NCBI RefSeq assembly: GCF_028368995.1
Contig: NZ_JAQNDL010000004.1
Span: 128,001 to 192,000 of the forward strand
Direction of reading: 5' to 3'
Origin: Nannocystis bainbridge
Lineage (GTDB): Bacteria > Myxococcota_A > Polyangia > Nannocystales > Nannocystaceae
DNA length: 64,000 bases
The notes beneath the pieces are model-generated. The model did not search any database, was not told the origin of the DNA, and worked only from the letters and a program-made list of their open reading frames with translations. Both the position numbers and the translations under genes were made by a program. Every line of letters starts with the position of its first letter. Within the stretch, counting starts at the first letter, position 1. Of this stretch, positions 20,107 through 30,916 are shown piece after piece.

Positions 20107-20212
20107 CCTAGCGCAGGAGGTGTCGGCCGGCTCCGGACCGATCGCGTCGCGCGGCGTGCGCTCGGCGAGAGGGCGCGCGGGCTCGACCGGGCGGCCGATG
20201 AGCATGACCGAA

Positions 20213-20326
20213 CGGACATGTCTCGAAGGACGTGTCCGATCGGTCATGCTCGATCGCGGGGTCGCATGTCCTCGGGGACAGGCGCCCCGCGATTCCGAGG
20301 ATCGCTCGCATGTCCTCAGGGACAGG
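20213..20326. repeat. GGACATGTC/GCATGTCC tandem array downstream of the peroxidase gene
   Basis: cggacatgtctcgaaggacgtgtccgatcggtcatgctcgatcgcggggtcgcatgtcctcggggacaggcgccccgcgattccgaggatcgctcgcatgtcctcagggacagg. Confidence 0.85.
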
Positions 20327-20359
20327 CGGAGTCAGAACCGCGCGGCGCGGCAGGCCCTG

Positions 20360-22969
20360 TCACGGCTTGGGCAGGTCGTTGCCCTCGAGGTTGAGGAAGG
20401 TGCGGATCGGCTTGTTGCTGCCGCCAGCGCCGACCGCGGGGATCTCGAGTCCGTCCTTGATCGGGTCGTCGTCGGCGCGGCCGTCGGCGGGGGCGACGTC
20501 GACGACCTTGTCGAGGCCGTTGGGGACGAACAGCTGCGGGTGGTCGAAGGGGGCCCGCTGGAAGACGACGTCGGGGTCGGTGAGCGACTGCAGGAACAGC
20601 ACCAGGTCGGCGCGCTGCTGGGCGTTCAGCTCGAGGCGGGTGATGTCCGGGTCGAGCTCGCGGTTGCGGTGGAAATCACCGCCGCGGTTGTAGAACTCGA
20701 CCACCTGCTCGAGGGTCGACATGCCGCCGTTGTGCATGTACGGGGCCGTGAGCTGGGAGTTGCGCAGGGTCGGGACCTTGAAGGCGCCGTTGACGGCGGT
20801 GCGCAGGTTCTTGATGAAGCGCTCGTTGGCCTTGTTGTCCTTCGGCTCGCCGGTCGCGGTCTTGAGCTTGCCGTCGCATTTGGTCTTGTCCCTGAACCCG
20901 CCGGGGAACAGCGGGCCGTCGACGACGACGCTCCACGGGACGTCGAAGGTGCACGGGTCGACCTCGAACGGGTCGCGCACGTCCTTGCCGAGCAGCATCT
21001 GCACGTACTGCTCGGTGAACGACAGCGGGTTGCCGAACGGGTCCTCGCCGCCGACGCCGATGTCCTCGGCGGTCGGCCGCACGCCGATGTTGTAGAAGCC
21101 GTTGTCGTAGAGGGCCGGCTCGCGCAGGTCGAGCAGGCTGCTGGGGCCGTAGCCGACGAACTCGAGCTCGCCGCCGCCGTCCTGCACGAGCACGAAGTCG
21201 AGGAACTCGCCCTCGACCTTGAAGTCGTCGCGCAGGAAGATCCGCAGCTTGGACGGGCAGCCGCTGCCGCTCTTGCGCTCGGCGTCGATCCGGATGTCGC
21301 GCGAGGGCGAGTCGTCTACGCCGAAGGTCATGGACTCGGGGTCGTAGACGCAGCTGTCGTCGTCGTCGACCTTGCTGAGGACGATCTGGCCGATGGCGGC
21401 GCCGGGCACGATCTTGTCGCCCTTGGCGGTCGGCGTGGCCTCGACGTCGAGCGAGAGGGTCCGCTCGCCCTTGCCCTTCTTCCACAGGGTGAACGGGCGC
21501 ACCTTGAACGGCGGGTCGGTGCGGACGCCGTAGTTCTGGTCCTCCTCGGTCATGAGCATGCGCTCGACCAGGCCCTCCTCCTCGAACTCGTCGATGAGGT
21601 GCAGCGTGGAGGCGCTGGTGAACATGGCGGTCTTGTGGCAGTTGACGCACTTGCCCTGGTTCAGGAAGATGTCGAGCCCGGCCAGCTGGTGCTTGCCGAG
21701 CGCGTTCTTGTCGCGGCCGTCGCGGAAGCGGTCGAACGGGGTGTTGGCGGACACGAGGGTGCGCTCGTAGGCCTGGATGGCGAGGCCCCAGAACAGGCTG
21801 AAGTTGGTCTCCATCAGGGTGAAGCGCTGATCGGCGGGGACCTTGTTGGGGTCGGCGAGCACGTTCTTGTCGGCGTCGAAGTAGAGGTCGGACTTCCACA
21901 GCTTGGCGGCGAAGGCGGCCTCGATCATCTTGGCGTAGGTGGTCTCCAGGCCCTTGTTCGGGGCGGCCAGCGGGCCGAGCACCGAGTCGTCGGGCAGGAC
22001 CTTCTGGAACCCGAGCGGGATGGTGGGCGCGCGCACCAGCTTGCGGCCGACGTCGGTCAGGGTCCGGCCCTGGCACGAGGCCTCGAACGGGCTGACCACC
22101 GGGCCGGTGGCCTGCGAGGCGAGCGAGCCGTTGACGATCTCGAGCTTGCGCTTGACCGGCTTGTTGCCCTTGACCTCGAGGATGAAGGCGTCCTTGTTGC
22201 GGCGGCCGAACGGGTCGACGCCGTTGAACCAGCGATTGGCCCGACCGTCCCAGAAGTTGCGGAAGTTGAAGGCGGCGTTGATCACGGTCGGGGCGTTGCG
22301 CGGCTCGACGCGGCGCACGTTGATGCCGTCGACCTGGAACGGCGGGTCCGGCACGGTCTCGCACTTGTCGTTGATGAAGCCGGGCTTGACGGCGATGAAG
22401 TCGGCCCGCCGCACGCCCTGCGAGGAGGTGACGTCGTCGCTGTCGAACAGCACCTTCGAGTTGCGATCCTCGGGGTCCTTGAGGACGTGGAAGGGATAGT
22501 CGGCGGCGACGAGCTGGAGGTTCGGCCCCTTGCCGCCGGTCCGGGTCTTGTCGAACTTGCCGTTGCCGCCGAGCAGGCCCGGACTCAGCTGATTGCGCGA
22601 GCGGTTGTCGGCGCCGGCCGAGAAGTGACAGCTGGCACAGGCCTGACCGTCGCTGCCGCTCTGCATGTCCCAAAAGAGGGCCTTGCCGAGCGCGATCGCG
22701 GCGTCGTTGTCGACGATGAGGTCCGGCTCGATATCCTTGCCGGTGATCCGGTCGAACAGCGGCGGGAGCTTCTCCAGGGCCAGAGAGCCGGGGATGTCGT
22801 GCTTCTCCTCCTCGACGCCGCTCGGCGGCGGGACGACGCCAGGGTCCGAATCTCCGCCCCAGATGAACTCATAGTCACATCCGGCCGCCGACAGGACACC
22901 GAGCCCTATGCCCATGCCCGCGAGCGTGGCGAACCATTCACAAAGGCGATTGTGCATGGCCTGGTTCAT
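20360..22969 (-). CDS. large di-haem cytochrome c peroxidase/MauG-family lipoprotein
   Basis: Two CxxCH haem motifs (CASCHF, CVNCHK), lipobox LSAAGC, and a conserved CCP C-terminal block (PTLRNSQLTAPYMHNGGMSTLEQVVEFYNRGG). Confidence 0.8.
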   Translation of the reverse strand: MNQAMHNRLCEWFATLAGMGIGLGVLSAAGCDYEFIWGGDSDPGVVPPPSGVEEEKHDIPGSLALEKLPPLFDRITGKDIEPDLIVDNDAAIALGKALFWDMQSGSDGQACASCHFSAGADNRSRNQLSPGLLGGNGKFDKTRTGGKGPNLQLVAADYPFHVLKDPEDRNSKVLFDSDDVTSSQGVRRADFIAVKPGFINDKCETVPDPPFQVDGINVRRVEPRNAPTVINAAFNFRNFWDGRANRWFNGVDPFGRRNKDAFILEVKGNKPVKRKLEIVNGSLASQATGPVVSPFEASCQGRTLTDVGRKLVRAPTIPLGFQKVLPDDSVLGPLAAPNKGLETTYAKMIEAAFAAKLWKSDLYFDADKNVLADPNKVPADQRFTLMETNFSLFWGLAIQAYERTLVSANTPFDRFRDGRDKNALGKHQLAGLDIFLNQGKCVNCHKTAMFTSASTLHLIDEFEEEGLVERMLMTEEDQNYGVRTDPPFKVRPFTLWKKGKGERTLSLDVEATPTAKGDKIVPGAAIGQIVLSKVDDDDSCVYDPESMTFGVDDSPSRDIRIDAERKSGSGCPSKLRIFLRDDFKVEGEFLDFVLVQDGGGELEFVGYGPSSLLDLREPALYDNGFYNIGVRPTAEDIGVGGEDPFGNPLSFTEQYVQMLLGKDVRDPFEVDPCTFDVPWSVVVDGPLFPGGFRDKTKCDGKLKTATGEPKDNKANERFIKNLRTAVNGAFKVPTLRNSQLTAPYMHNGGMSTLEQVVEFYNRGGDFHRNRELDPDITRLELNAQQRADLVLFLQSLTDPDVVFQRAPFDHPQLFVPNGLDKVVDVAPADGRADDDPIKDGLEIPAVGAGGSNKPIRTFLNLEGNDLPKP

Positions 22970-23142
22970 TGATTGCGCGGCCCACGGGTGTTGTGATCCC
23001 GTCGATGTCGGCGAATCCCCCCAGGGCGGTCGCAGGGTGAACGACGTAATCGGCCATGCGTCCGCGGCGACGCGCGCACGGAAACGTGGATTGCGGCCCC
23101 GGCGCCACGTTCGGCAGGATCAGGGCCGGGGCGCGGCGGGAA

Positions 23143-23166
23143 CGGGATGTCCCGAAGGACAGGTCA
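23143..23166. repeat. single GGATGTCCcgaaGGACAGGTC repeat unit overlapping the stop of the MGMT-like gene
   Basis: gggatgtcccgaaggacaggtcag. Confidence 0.55.
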
Positions 23167-23484
23167 GCGGCGCCGCGGCGGGCGTGGGCGCCACTGGTAC
23201 TCGCCGAGATCGATGCGGCCGTCGTCCTTGAACTCGACGCCCTCGGCGGTCAAGAGGGCGCGCTGGCGGTCGCCGGCGTGGCCGGGCAGGCTGATCTCGC
23301 CGCGGGCGTTGAGGACCCGCTGCCATGGCACGGGGGCGCCGCCGGGCAAGGCGTGGAGGGCGTAGCCGACCTGGCGAGCGCGCCCGGGCAGGCCGGCGAG
23401 CTCGGCGATCTGGCCGTAGGTGGCGACGCGGCCGCGAGGGACCCGCTGGATGGTGACGTAGATCCGCTCGTAGTCGGGGTGCAT
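23164..23484 (-). CDS. MGMT-family (methylated-DNA-protein-cysteine methyltransferase) DNA-binding domain protein
   Basis: VPRGRVATYGQIAELAG...PWQRVLNARGEIS matches the Ogt/YbaZ-like HTH domain. Confidence 0.75.
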   Translation of the reverse strand: MHPDYERIYVTIQRVPRGRVATYGQIAELAGLPGRARQVGYALHALPGGAPVPWQRVLNARGEISLPGHAGDRQRALLTAEGVEFKDDGRIDLGEYQWRPRPPRRR

Positions 23485-23490
23485 GGCCGA

Positions 23491-24660
23491 CTACGAGCGA
23501 CCGGCGAGGGCGACGACGCGGTCCATCAGGCGCTCGACCTCGGCCTCGGTGTTGTAGAAGTGAGGGCCGAGCCGCAGGCCGCAGTTGGGCCGCCAGTCGA
23601 GCTTGTAGCGCTCGTCGATGAGCCGCTTGCTGGCGTCTTCGCTGCCCTCGAAGTCGACGGCGACGAAGCCGGTGCGGCGCTCGTGCTCGATCGGCGAGTG
23701 GACGACGAGGCCGGCCTCGTGGGCGCGGTCGATGATCCGCTGGCACAGGGCGAGGTTGTGGGCCCGGATCCGCTCGACGCCGATCTCGTGCAGGTTGTGG
23801 TAGGCGGCGAGGGCCACGTAATAAGCGGGGATCGAGGGCGTGCCGGCGAGGAACCGGCGGTGGTCGTCGGCGTAGCGGATCGGCGGCGGCTCGAAGGCGA
23901 ACGGGTCCTGGTGGCCCATCCAGCCGGTCATGCGCGGGCGCAGGCGCTCGCGCAGCTCGGGCTTCATCCACATGAAGGCGGTGCCGGGCCCGCCGCACAG
24001 CCACTTGTGGCTGCCGCCGACGACGATGTCGGCGTCCCACTCGGCGACGTCGATCGGGACGGCGCCGGCGGTCTGGTAGACGTCGACCATGACGAGCGCG
24101 CCGACCTCGTGGGCGCGGCGCGTGATGGCGGTGATGTCCTGCAGCGCGCCCGAGACGTAGATGCCGTGCGACAGCGGGACGATGGCGGTCCGCTCGTCGA
24201 TGGCCGCGAGCATGCGCTCGGTCGGGATGGTCATGCCGTCGTCCGACGGCACCAGCGCGAGCTCGGCCCCGAGCTCGCGGAAGCGCTCCCACACGTAGAG
24301 CACGTTGGGGAACTGCAGCGACTCGACGACGACGCGGTTCTTGCCGCCTGTGTAGTCCAGACAGGAGGCGATGGCGGCCTGGAAGTAGGCGACGTTCTGG
24401 TTGAGGATCGTCTGCCCGGGCGGCGCATTGAGGAAGCGCGCGGCGCTGTCGGCGGCTTCACGCATGACGTCGAGCCAGCGCGGCCACACCTCGACGCCCT
24501 CGCTGGCCCAGTCGTCGGCGTACTTCTGCAGCGCTTCGGCGGCCTGCCGCGGCATGGCCCCCATGCTGTTGCTGTTCATGTAGGTCGAGTGGGCGAGGAT
24601 CGGGTAGTCGTCGCGATAGCGAGCCAGCTGCGGCTGGAGTTCGGGGCGGATCGAGTTCAC
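23491..24660 (-). CDS. kynU: kynureninase / class-V aminotransferase-fold PLP enzyme
   Basis: YMNSNSMGAMP (like the kynureninase YLDGNSLGA), GGSHKWLCGGPG Lys-PLP region and GTPSIPAYY. GTG start at 24658-24660 overlaps the upstream stop (GTGA); AGAGGA RBS. Confidence 0.6.
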   Translation of the reverse strand: MNSIRPELQPQLARYRDDYPILAHSTYMNSNSMGAMPRQAAEALQKYADDWASEGVEVWPRWLDVMREAADSAARFLNAPPGQTILNQNVAYFQAAIASCLDYTGGKNRVVVESLQFPNVLYVWERFRELGAELALVPSDDGMTIPTERMLAAIDERTAIVPLSHGIYVSGALQDITAITRRAHEVGALVMVDVYQTAGAVPIDVAEWDADIVVGGSHKWLCGGPGTAFMWMKPELRERLRPRMTGWMGHQDPFAFEPPPIRYADDHRRFLAGTPSIPAYYVALAAYHNLHEIGVERIRAHNLALCQRIIDRAHEAGLVVHSPIEHERRTGFVAVDFEGSEDASKRLIDERYKLDWRPNCGLRLGPHFYNTEAEVERLMDRVVALAGRS

Positions 24661-25628
24661 GGGGCGGTCCTCTTGGTCGCTTGGATGTCGTAGGGGCGGA
24701 ACTCTTGCCGGCTGGTGCGGCGACCGTTCATGTCGGTCAGCTCGCGCTTGCTGTAGCCGTTGGGGCCGGACCGCGGCAGCTGGCGGCGCACGAACGTCTC
24801 GATGATCCGGCGCGCCTGCTCGGCGACGTCGGCGCGGGTGCGATCGATCTCCGACATGGCCTCCTCGGGCACCTCGCCGGCGAACTCGACCCGGTAGGTC
24901 TCGTCGCACTCGTCCCAGCGCTGGAACAGGAGCTCGCGCCGCTTGGCCGGCTCGCCGCCGGCGCTCCACAGCTCGAACAGCTCGCGCTCGAGAGTGCCGA
25001 GGCGGTAGGTCAAGACCTGCAGGGTCCACTCGATCGCCAGCTGCGTCCGCAGCTCGCGCGTGCGGTTGAGGAACTCGCGCTTGGCGGCGGCATCGGTCTC
25101 GGGGCCGCCGAGCAGGTCCTGCAGCTTGACGAGCCACTCCGACGGGCCCGACATGCCGAGCCCGGACATGTTGATCTGGCGCAGGGCGGCGCGCGAGCCC
25201 TTGACCTTGTTGCCGTTCTGGTCGCGGTTCCAGCGGTCGCCGAAGCGCACGCTGCCGTCGGCGTTGAACACCGCGGTGAAGCGCTTGCCGGCGTCGACGT
25301 ACATCATGGTGCCGTCGCGCTGGCGCTTCAGGCCGAGCGAGCCGAGGGTGTCCTCGGAGACAGGTTTGAAGGCCCCGGTCCCGTAGGTCCGGAGCGAGCG
25401 CGGCGACGGGATCTTCGGCACGCCGCCGGGCGCCTCGGCGCGCTCGTTGCCCTCGGCCTCGACCTCCTCGGGCACGGCGACGGTCGGCGGGGCCGGGCTC
25501 GCGGGCGCGGGCCGCGGGCCCTCGGGCGCGGTGGTCGGGCGCGGGTCCGCCGGCGCCGGGCCCTCGGGGCCGGACACCGCGGGCGGCGCGAGGCCGATCG
25601 CCGCGACGAGGGCGAGCCAGGCGACCAC
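24657..25628 (-). CDS. hypothetical secreted protein (signal VVAWLALVAAIGLAPPAVSG)
   Basis: GTG start with AAGGAG 8 nt upstream, overlapping the gcvH stop region; no known family. Confidence 0.55.
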   Translation of the reverse strand: MVAWLALVAAIGLAPPAVSGPEGPAPADPRPTTAPEGPRPAPASPAPPTVAVPEEVEAEGNERAEAPGGVPKIPSPRSLRTYGTGAFKPVSEDTLGSLGLKRQRDGTMMYVDAGKRFTAVFNADGSVRFGDRWNRDQNGNKVKGSRAALRQINMSGLGMSGPSEWLVKLQDLLGGPETDAAAKREFLNRTRELRTQLAIEWTLQVLTYRLGTLERELFELWSAGGEPAKRRELLFQRWDECDETYRVEFAGEVPEEAMSEIDRTRADVAEQARRIIETFVRRQLPRSGPNGYSKRELTDMNGRRTSRQEFRPYDIQATKRTAP

Positions 25629-25633
25629 GGCGA

Positions 25634-26020
25634 CTACTCCTTGATGAGCTCTTCGTACTGCTCGGCGGTCAGCAGGCGCTCGAACGCGGCCGCGTCGGTC
25701 GGACGGATCTTGACCATCCAGCCGTCGCCGTAGGGGTCGGTGTTGACGTCCTCGGGGGAGGCGTCGAGCTCGCCGTTGACCTCGACCACCTCGCCGTCGA
25801 GCGGGGCGTACAGCTCGCTGACAGCCTTGACCGAGTCGACCGTGCCGAACTCCTGGCCCGCGGTGAGCTGGGTGCCGCCGGTCGGGAGGGTGACGAGGGT
25901 GACGTCGCCGAGGGTGTTGCTCGCGTGCTCGGTGATGCCGACGACGATGGAGCCGTCATTCTCGAGGCGGGCCCACTCGTGGTCTTTGGTGTAGCGGAGG
26001 TTGCTCGGGATCTTGCTCAT
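25634..26020 (-). CDS. gcvH: glycine cleavage system H protein
   Basis: Lipoyl-lysine context TVDSVKAVSELYAP...; full-length 128 aa. Confidence 0.93.
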   Translation of the reverse strand: MSKIPSNLRYTKDHEWARLENDGSIVVGITEHASNTLGDVTLVTLPTGGTQLTAGQEFGTVDSVKAVSELYAPLDGEVVEVNGELDASPEDVNTDPYGDGWMVKIRPTDAAAFERLLTAEQYEELIKE

Positions 26021-26100
26021 GGTGAATCTCGGGACAGGTTGTCGGAGACAGGTGCTTCGGGACAGGCGCTTCGGGACAGGTTCTCGAGGACAGGCGAGAG
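26021..26100. repeat. TCGGGACAGGnnnn 14-bp tandem array (5 units), the CATG-less variant, in the gcvT-gcvH intergenic space
   Basis: tcgggacaggttg|tcggagacaggtgc|ttcgggacaggcgc|ttcgggacaggttc|tcgaggacaggcga. Confidence 0.85.
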
Positions 26101-26101
26101 A

Positions 26102-27217
<1,116 letters not shown>

Positions 27218-27288
27218 GGTGCTGCCCCGTTCCCATAGCCAACTTCGGCCGCCGCGGGAAGGGCCGCGCCGTGCTACACCCCGGGGCG

Positions 27289-28407
27289 ATGCGCTCCGAG
27301 AGGGAACCCGGAAGCAAACCGCGTCGCGGCGCGGCGCATTTCGCGCCAGTCGCGCTGGCGTCCTGCCTGGCCCTGGTGGCCCCCGCGTGCGCGGCTCGCA
27401 ACAAGGGCGCCGCGCCGACCGGCCATAACTCGTTCGGGCAGGGCACGCGCTACATCCAAAAGGCGGTCCGCAGCAGCAGCGAGGGCGTGATCATCCTGCC
27501 CTCGAAGCGCGCGGAGAACCTGTTCGACCTGGCGCGCCTCAACGAGATCGCCCAGGCCCTGCGGCCGCCCGCCGCGGCGTGCTTCGTCAACCGGGCGATC
27601 GACACGATGAAGCGAGGCAAGCGCGACGGCGAGGACGCGTACGTCGACGTGCCCGAGGGCCAGGTCAAGATCCGCACGCGGCTGTCGCCCGACGGCGAGG
27701 TGCTGCGCACGGAGGTGCTCGACACCGGCTTCAAGGACCCGGAGATCGAGCCGTGCATCATGGAGGCGATCCAGGCCCGCAAGTGGATCAAGAACCGCAG
27801 CGGGGTGGTGCAGTACCTCGACGTGATCTACTGGGTGAGCCTCGGCGACGGCTCGGAGGACAAGTCGCCGGAGGCGAAGGCGGAGCTGCGCCGGCAACAG
27901 GCGATGGTGGCGATCCGCGGCAAGGGCTGCCTCGAGCGCCGCGTCGGCGCCGGGACGTACCCGGTCGAGGGCCTCAACCTGGTCGACCGCGACGGCAATA
28001 CGCTGGTCAGCCGCGTCGAGCCGAGCTCGCTGCCGCAGAAGGTCCAGGACTGCCTGTCGGTGGTGCTGCGCGAGATCCAGATGCCGCGCGCGCCAGGCTC
28101 GTTCGTGCGCCCGATCTCGCCGCAGGTCGAGTACACGGTGGCGACCGACGGCACGGTGTCGTTCGCCGACGAGCGCTGGATTAATTTGATTCTGATGGAA
28201 GAGAAGGCGGCCCGCGAGGACCGCCTGGCAGAGGTCGACCGCGGGCTCGGGATCGCGGAGCCGAAGCCGGAGCCGACGATCGAGACCACCGAGCCGCCGG
28301 CCGGTGAGGAGCCGGCGAGCGAGCCGGAGACGCCGGCGCAGGACCCAGGGCAGGGCGGGATCAAGCTCAAGCTCGGCGGGCACCGGCGCGCTGGTTCGCC
28401 GCGCTGA
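27289..28407 (+). CDS. hypothetical secreted protein
   Basis: Signal [39 protein letters not shown] at 27289 lies 71 bp from the divergent gcvT start. Confidence 0.55.
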   Translation: MRSEREPGSKPRRGAAHFAPVALASCLALVAPACAARNKGAAPTGHNSFGQGTRYIQKAVRSSSEGVIILPSKRAENLFDLARLNEIAQALRPPAAACFVNRAIDTMKRGKRDGEDAYVDVPEGQVKIRTRLSPDGEVLRTEVLDTGFKDPEIEPCIMEAIQARKWIKNRSGVVQYLDVIYWVSLGDGSEDKSPEAKAELRRQQAMVAIRGKGCLERRVGAGTYPVEGLNLVDRDGNTLVSRVEPSSLPQKVQDCLSVVLREIQMPRAPGSFVRPISPQVEYTVATDGTVSFADERWINLILMEEKAAREDRLAEVDRGLGIAEPKPEPTIETTEPPAGEEPASEPETPAQDPGQGGIKLKLGGHRRAGSPR

Positions 28408-28432
28408 GCGGGGCCGCGAGCGGGTGGCGCTC

Positions 28433-28500
28433 GGGACATGTCGTGGCGGGCATGTCCGATGCGGCATGTTCGAGTGGACATGTTCGATGGGACATGGCCT
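28433..28500. repeat. GGACATGT(C/T) tandem array (5 units) abutting the left inverted-repeat arm
   Basis: gggacatgtcgtggcgggcatgtccgatgcggcatgttcgagtggacatgttcgatgggacatgg. Confidence 0.85.
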
Positions 28501-28532
28501 GGACTGCGGGTGCGCGGCGACGGGTGCCCGTC

Positions 28533-28880
28533 GAGGAAATCGCGCGGCCGAGGACGCGGGGCCTGGAGAGCTGGGTGACGGCGGGCACGGCCTGTCCAGG
28601 AAATCGTGCGGCCGAGGACGCGGGGCCTGGAGAGCTGGGTGACGGCGGGCACGGAGCGGCGGAGCGGGTCCCTCGCCACGGCGGGGCCCTCCCAGGCAAC
28701 GTGCTCGGCGCCCTCGGGCTTCGATGGTGTTCTGTCTCTTGAGACAGGTGTGTGTGCTTCGCGGACGATGGCGCCTGCGCGCGGTTGCCTGCGGCCCCTC
28801 CCGCCTGCGTCCCACTCCGCCGCTCCGTGCCCGCCTGAGGAGAGCGTCGCCGGCCCCGCTTGTCGCCCCGCGAGTTCGTT
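28533..28880. repeat. left arm of a long imperfect inverted repeat; contains 2 tandem 57-bp sub-repeats
   Basis: gaaatcgcgcggccgaggacgcggggcctggagagctgggtgacggcgggcacggcctgtccag occurs twice. The reverse complement of 28790-28880 matches 29715-29800 with only a few mismatches. Confidence 0.75.
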
Positions 28881-28918
28881 GCAACGCATGGCGCGGGTAG
28901 CCGCCGTTCCACCCGGCG

Positions 28919-29612
28919 ATGATGACCGCGCGGCTCCTGGACGCGTACTCGCAGGGCGTGTTCTCGTCGTGGAAGAGCGAGCCGCGGGTCGACTTCATAG
29001 CCGTGACGGCGCGCCAGCGATCGGCCCACCGTACGATCGACGACTTTCGCCGCCGGCACCTGGCAGTCCTCGGCGGTCTCTTCGGACAGGTGCTCGAGCC
29101 AGGCCAGCGCGCCGGGCCGGTGAGGCTCGGACACGTCGCGCTCGACGGACGAAGATCAAGCGAACGCCTCGAAGCACAGGCGATTTAGCTGCGCGCGGAT
29201 GAAGGAGGTCGAGCCGGAGCTCGCGGCCAAAGGCCGGCGCGCTGGTTTGCCGAGGCCGACGACATCGATCGCCGCGAGGACGACCGGCACGCTGATGCTC
29301 GCGGCGACGAGATACCGGCATGGGTGCAGAGCAAGCAGGAGCGCCTGGCGAAGAGCCACGCGGCGATGGCGGCCCTCGAGGCCGAGGCTGCCGCCGAAGC
29401 CGCTGGCCGTGAAAAGGACCGGCGCGCCGCCGAGGAGTCCAGGGCGCGCGACGAGGCGCGGCCGATGCCCACGGGTCGAGACCTCGTCACATAGCCGATG
29501 GGACACCTTCCGAAAGTCGCAGCGCAACTTCGCCGATCCTGAGAGCAAGCTGATGATGACTACGGACGGCTTCGTACAGGGCTACGACGCCCAGGCCGTG
29601 CCTCACAGATGA
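28919..29612 (+). mobile_element. IS1182/IS5-like transposase remnant (frameshifted, truncated) between the inverted-repeat arms
   Basis: SSWKSEPRVDFIAVTARQRSAHRTIDDFRRRHLAVLGGLFGQVLEPGQRAGPVRLGHVALDG resembles the transposase N-domain (YSSRKLE...DFRKRHL...LF.QVL...LGHVALDG). A second frame has DPESKLMMTTDGFVQGYDAQAV, matching the block that opens the DDE domain (DP-x-A/S-R/K-L-M...GF.QGYNAQ). Total coding capacity is well under half a transposase. Confidence 0.45.
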
Positions 29613-29714
29613 TTATCGCCGAGATGGTGATCCGCGAGCAGAACGACTTCCAGGTGCTCACAACCTGCGAAAGAGAGTGTCCACAGTCGGTCGAGCCGCA
29701 CTCGCCGCTGCTCG

Positions 29715-30160
29715 GTGAGGCTCCCCGCGCGGCGACGAGCGGGGCCGGCGACGCTCTCCGCAGGCGGGCTCGGAGCGGCGGAGTGGGACGCAGGCGGGAG
29801 GGGCCGCAGGCGACCGCGCGCAGGCGCCATCGTCCGCCAAACACACCCACCTGTCTCAAGAGACAGAACACCATCGAAGCCCGAGGGCGCCGAGCACGTT
29901 GCCTGGGAGGGCCCCGCCGTGGCGAGGGACCCGCTCCGCTGCTCCGTGCTCGCCGTCACCCAGCTCTCCAGGCCCCGCGCCTTCGGTTGCGCGATTTCCT
30001 GGACAGGCCGTGCTCGCCTCTCCAGGCCCCGCGTCCTCGGTTGCGCGATTTCCTGGACAGGCCGTGCCCGCCGTCACCCCGCGTCCTCGGTTGCGCGATT
30101 TCCTGGACAGGCCGTGCCCGCCGTCACCCAGCTCTCCAGGCCCCGCGTCTTCGGACGCAT
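29715..30160. repeat. right arm of the long inverted repeat; contains 3 tandem 57-bp sub-repeats (gtcctcggttgcgcgatttcctggacaggccgtgcccgccgtcacc)
   Basis: Reverse-complementary to the left arm across about 350 bp, including ...cggagcggcggagtgggacgcaggcgggaggggccgcagg... The arm ends 14 bp before the stop of the flanking gene. Confidence 0.75.
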
Positions 30161-30173
30161 TTATCACAGGCTC

Positions 30174-30770
30174 CTACGCCGTCTCGGCGAGCGCGGGCTC
30201 GAGGTCCACGTCCGTCGTCTCCATGATGCGGGCGAGGGTCATGTAGAGGCCGATGGTCACCAGCAGCTCGAGGACCTCCCGCGCGGTGAACCGCTGGACC
30301 ATGGCGGCGAAGGTGAGATCCGTGGCTCGCACGTCGCGCAGCACCTCGGTGGTGAATCGCAGCACCAGCTGCTCGCTCTCGTCGAAGCATGGGACCTCGA
30401 ATTCGCCGCGCTCGAGCGCTTCGATCTGCTCGCGCGCGACGCCGGCATCGAGGGCGATCTGCACGTGGTGGGCCCACACGTAGCGCGCCGGCGACAGCCG
30501 GGCGACGCGGAGGATCGCCAGCTCGCGCAAGCGGGCGTCGAGCACCTGCTGGACGAGCACCGCGTCGCCGAGGGCGACGAGCGGGCCGAACAGGGTCGGC
30601 GCGTGGGCCACGATGCCGAAGATGTTGAGCCGCCCGGACAGACCCGCGAACACCTGGCGAACGACCTCGGGCGCAGTCTCGGGATCGACGTACGGGAGGC
30701 GGGCCATCTCCCAGCGATATCCATGGCGCGAGTACAGCGTCAAGCCACGGGCTGCGCCAGCGTCCGACAT
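30174..30770 (-). CDS. carboxymuconolactone decarboxylase (AhpD-like) family protein
   Basis: CMD-domain helical bundle with the conserved W-A-H-H-x-x-x-A-x-x-x-G motif (YVWAHHVQIALDAG). Confidence 0.75.
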   Translation of the reverse strand: MSDAGAARGLTLYSRHGYRWEMARLPYVDPETAPEVVRQVFAGLSGRLNIFGIVAHAPTLFGPLVALGDAVLVQQVLDARLRELAILRVARLSPARYVWAHHVQIALDAGVAREQIEALERGEFEVPCFDESEQLVLRFTTEVLRDVRATDLTFAAMVQRFTAREVLELLVTIGLYMTLARIMETTDVDLEPALAETA

Positions 30771-30916
30771 GGACCTTCGATGCGCTGACTGTGTTCCTCT
30801 GGCCGCAGAGGGGTTTTCGCAAGGCGGGCCCGGAGCTCCGGATCACGGCCTGGCCTGAGCCGCGGGCTTTCGCAGGGGCGGCATTTCGCTGCGAGCGTTG
30901 CGGCGCGTGCTGCCCG

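Noticed and set aside
23056-24693. 545-aa + strand ORF
   Set aside because: It is antisense to kynureninase and the MGMT-like gene, with a low-complexity Gly/Ala/Asp/Val-rich translation.
27828-30226. Several 100-350 aa ORFs across the inverted-repeat element (27828..28889-, 28367..29134-, 29609..30226+, 29715..30788+)
   Set aside because: They are translations of the repeat arms and the GGACATGTC array (recurring PRVLGR.ISWTGRARRHPALQAPRPR and TCP.GHV peptides) and are mirrored on both arms. They are not independent genes.
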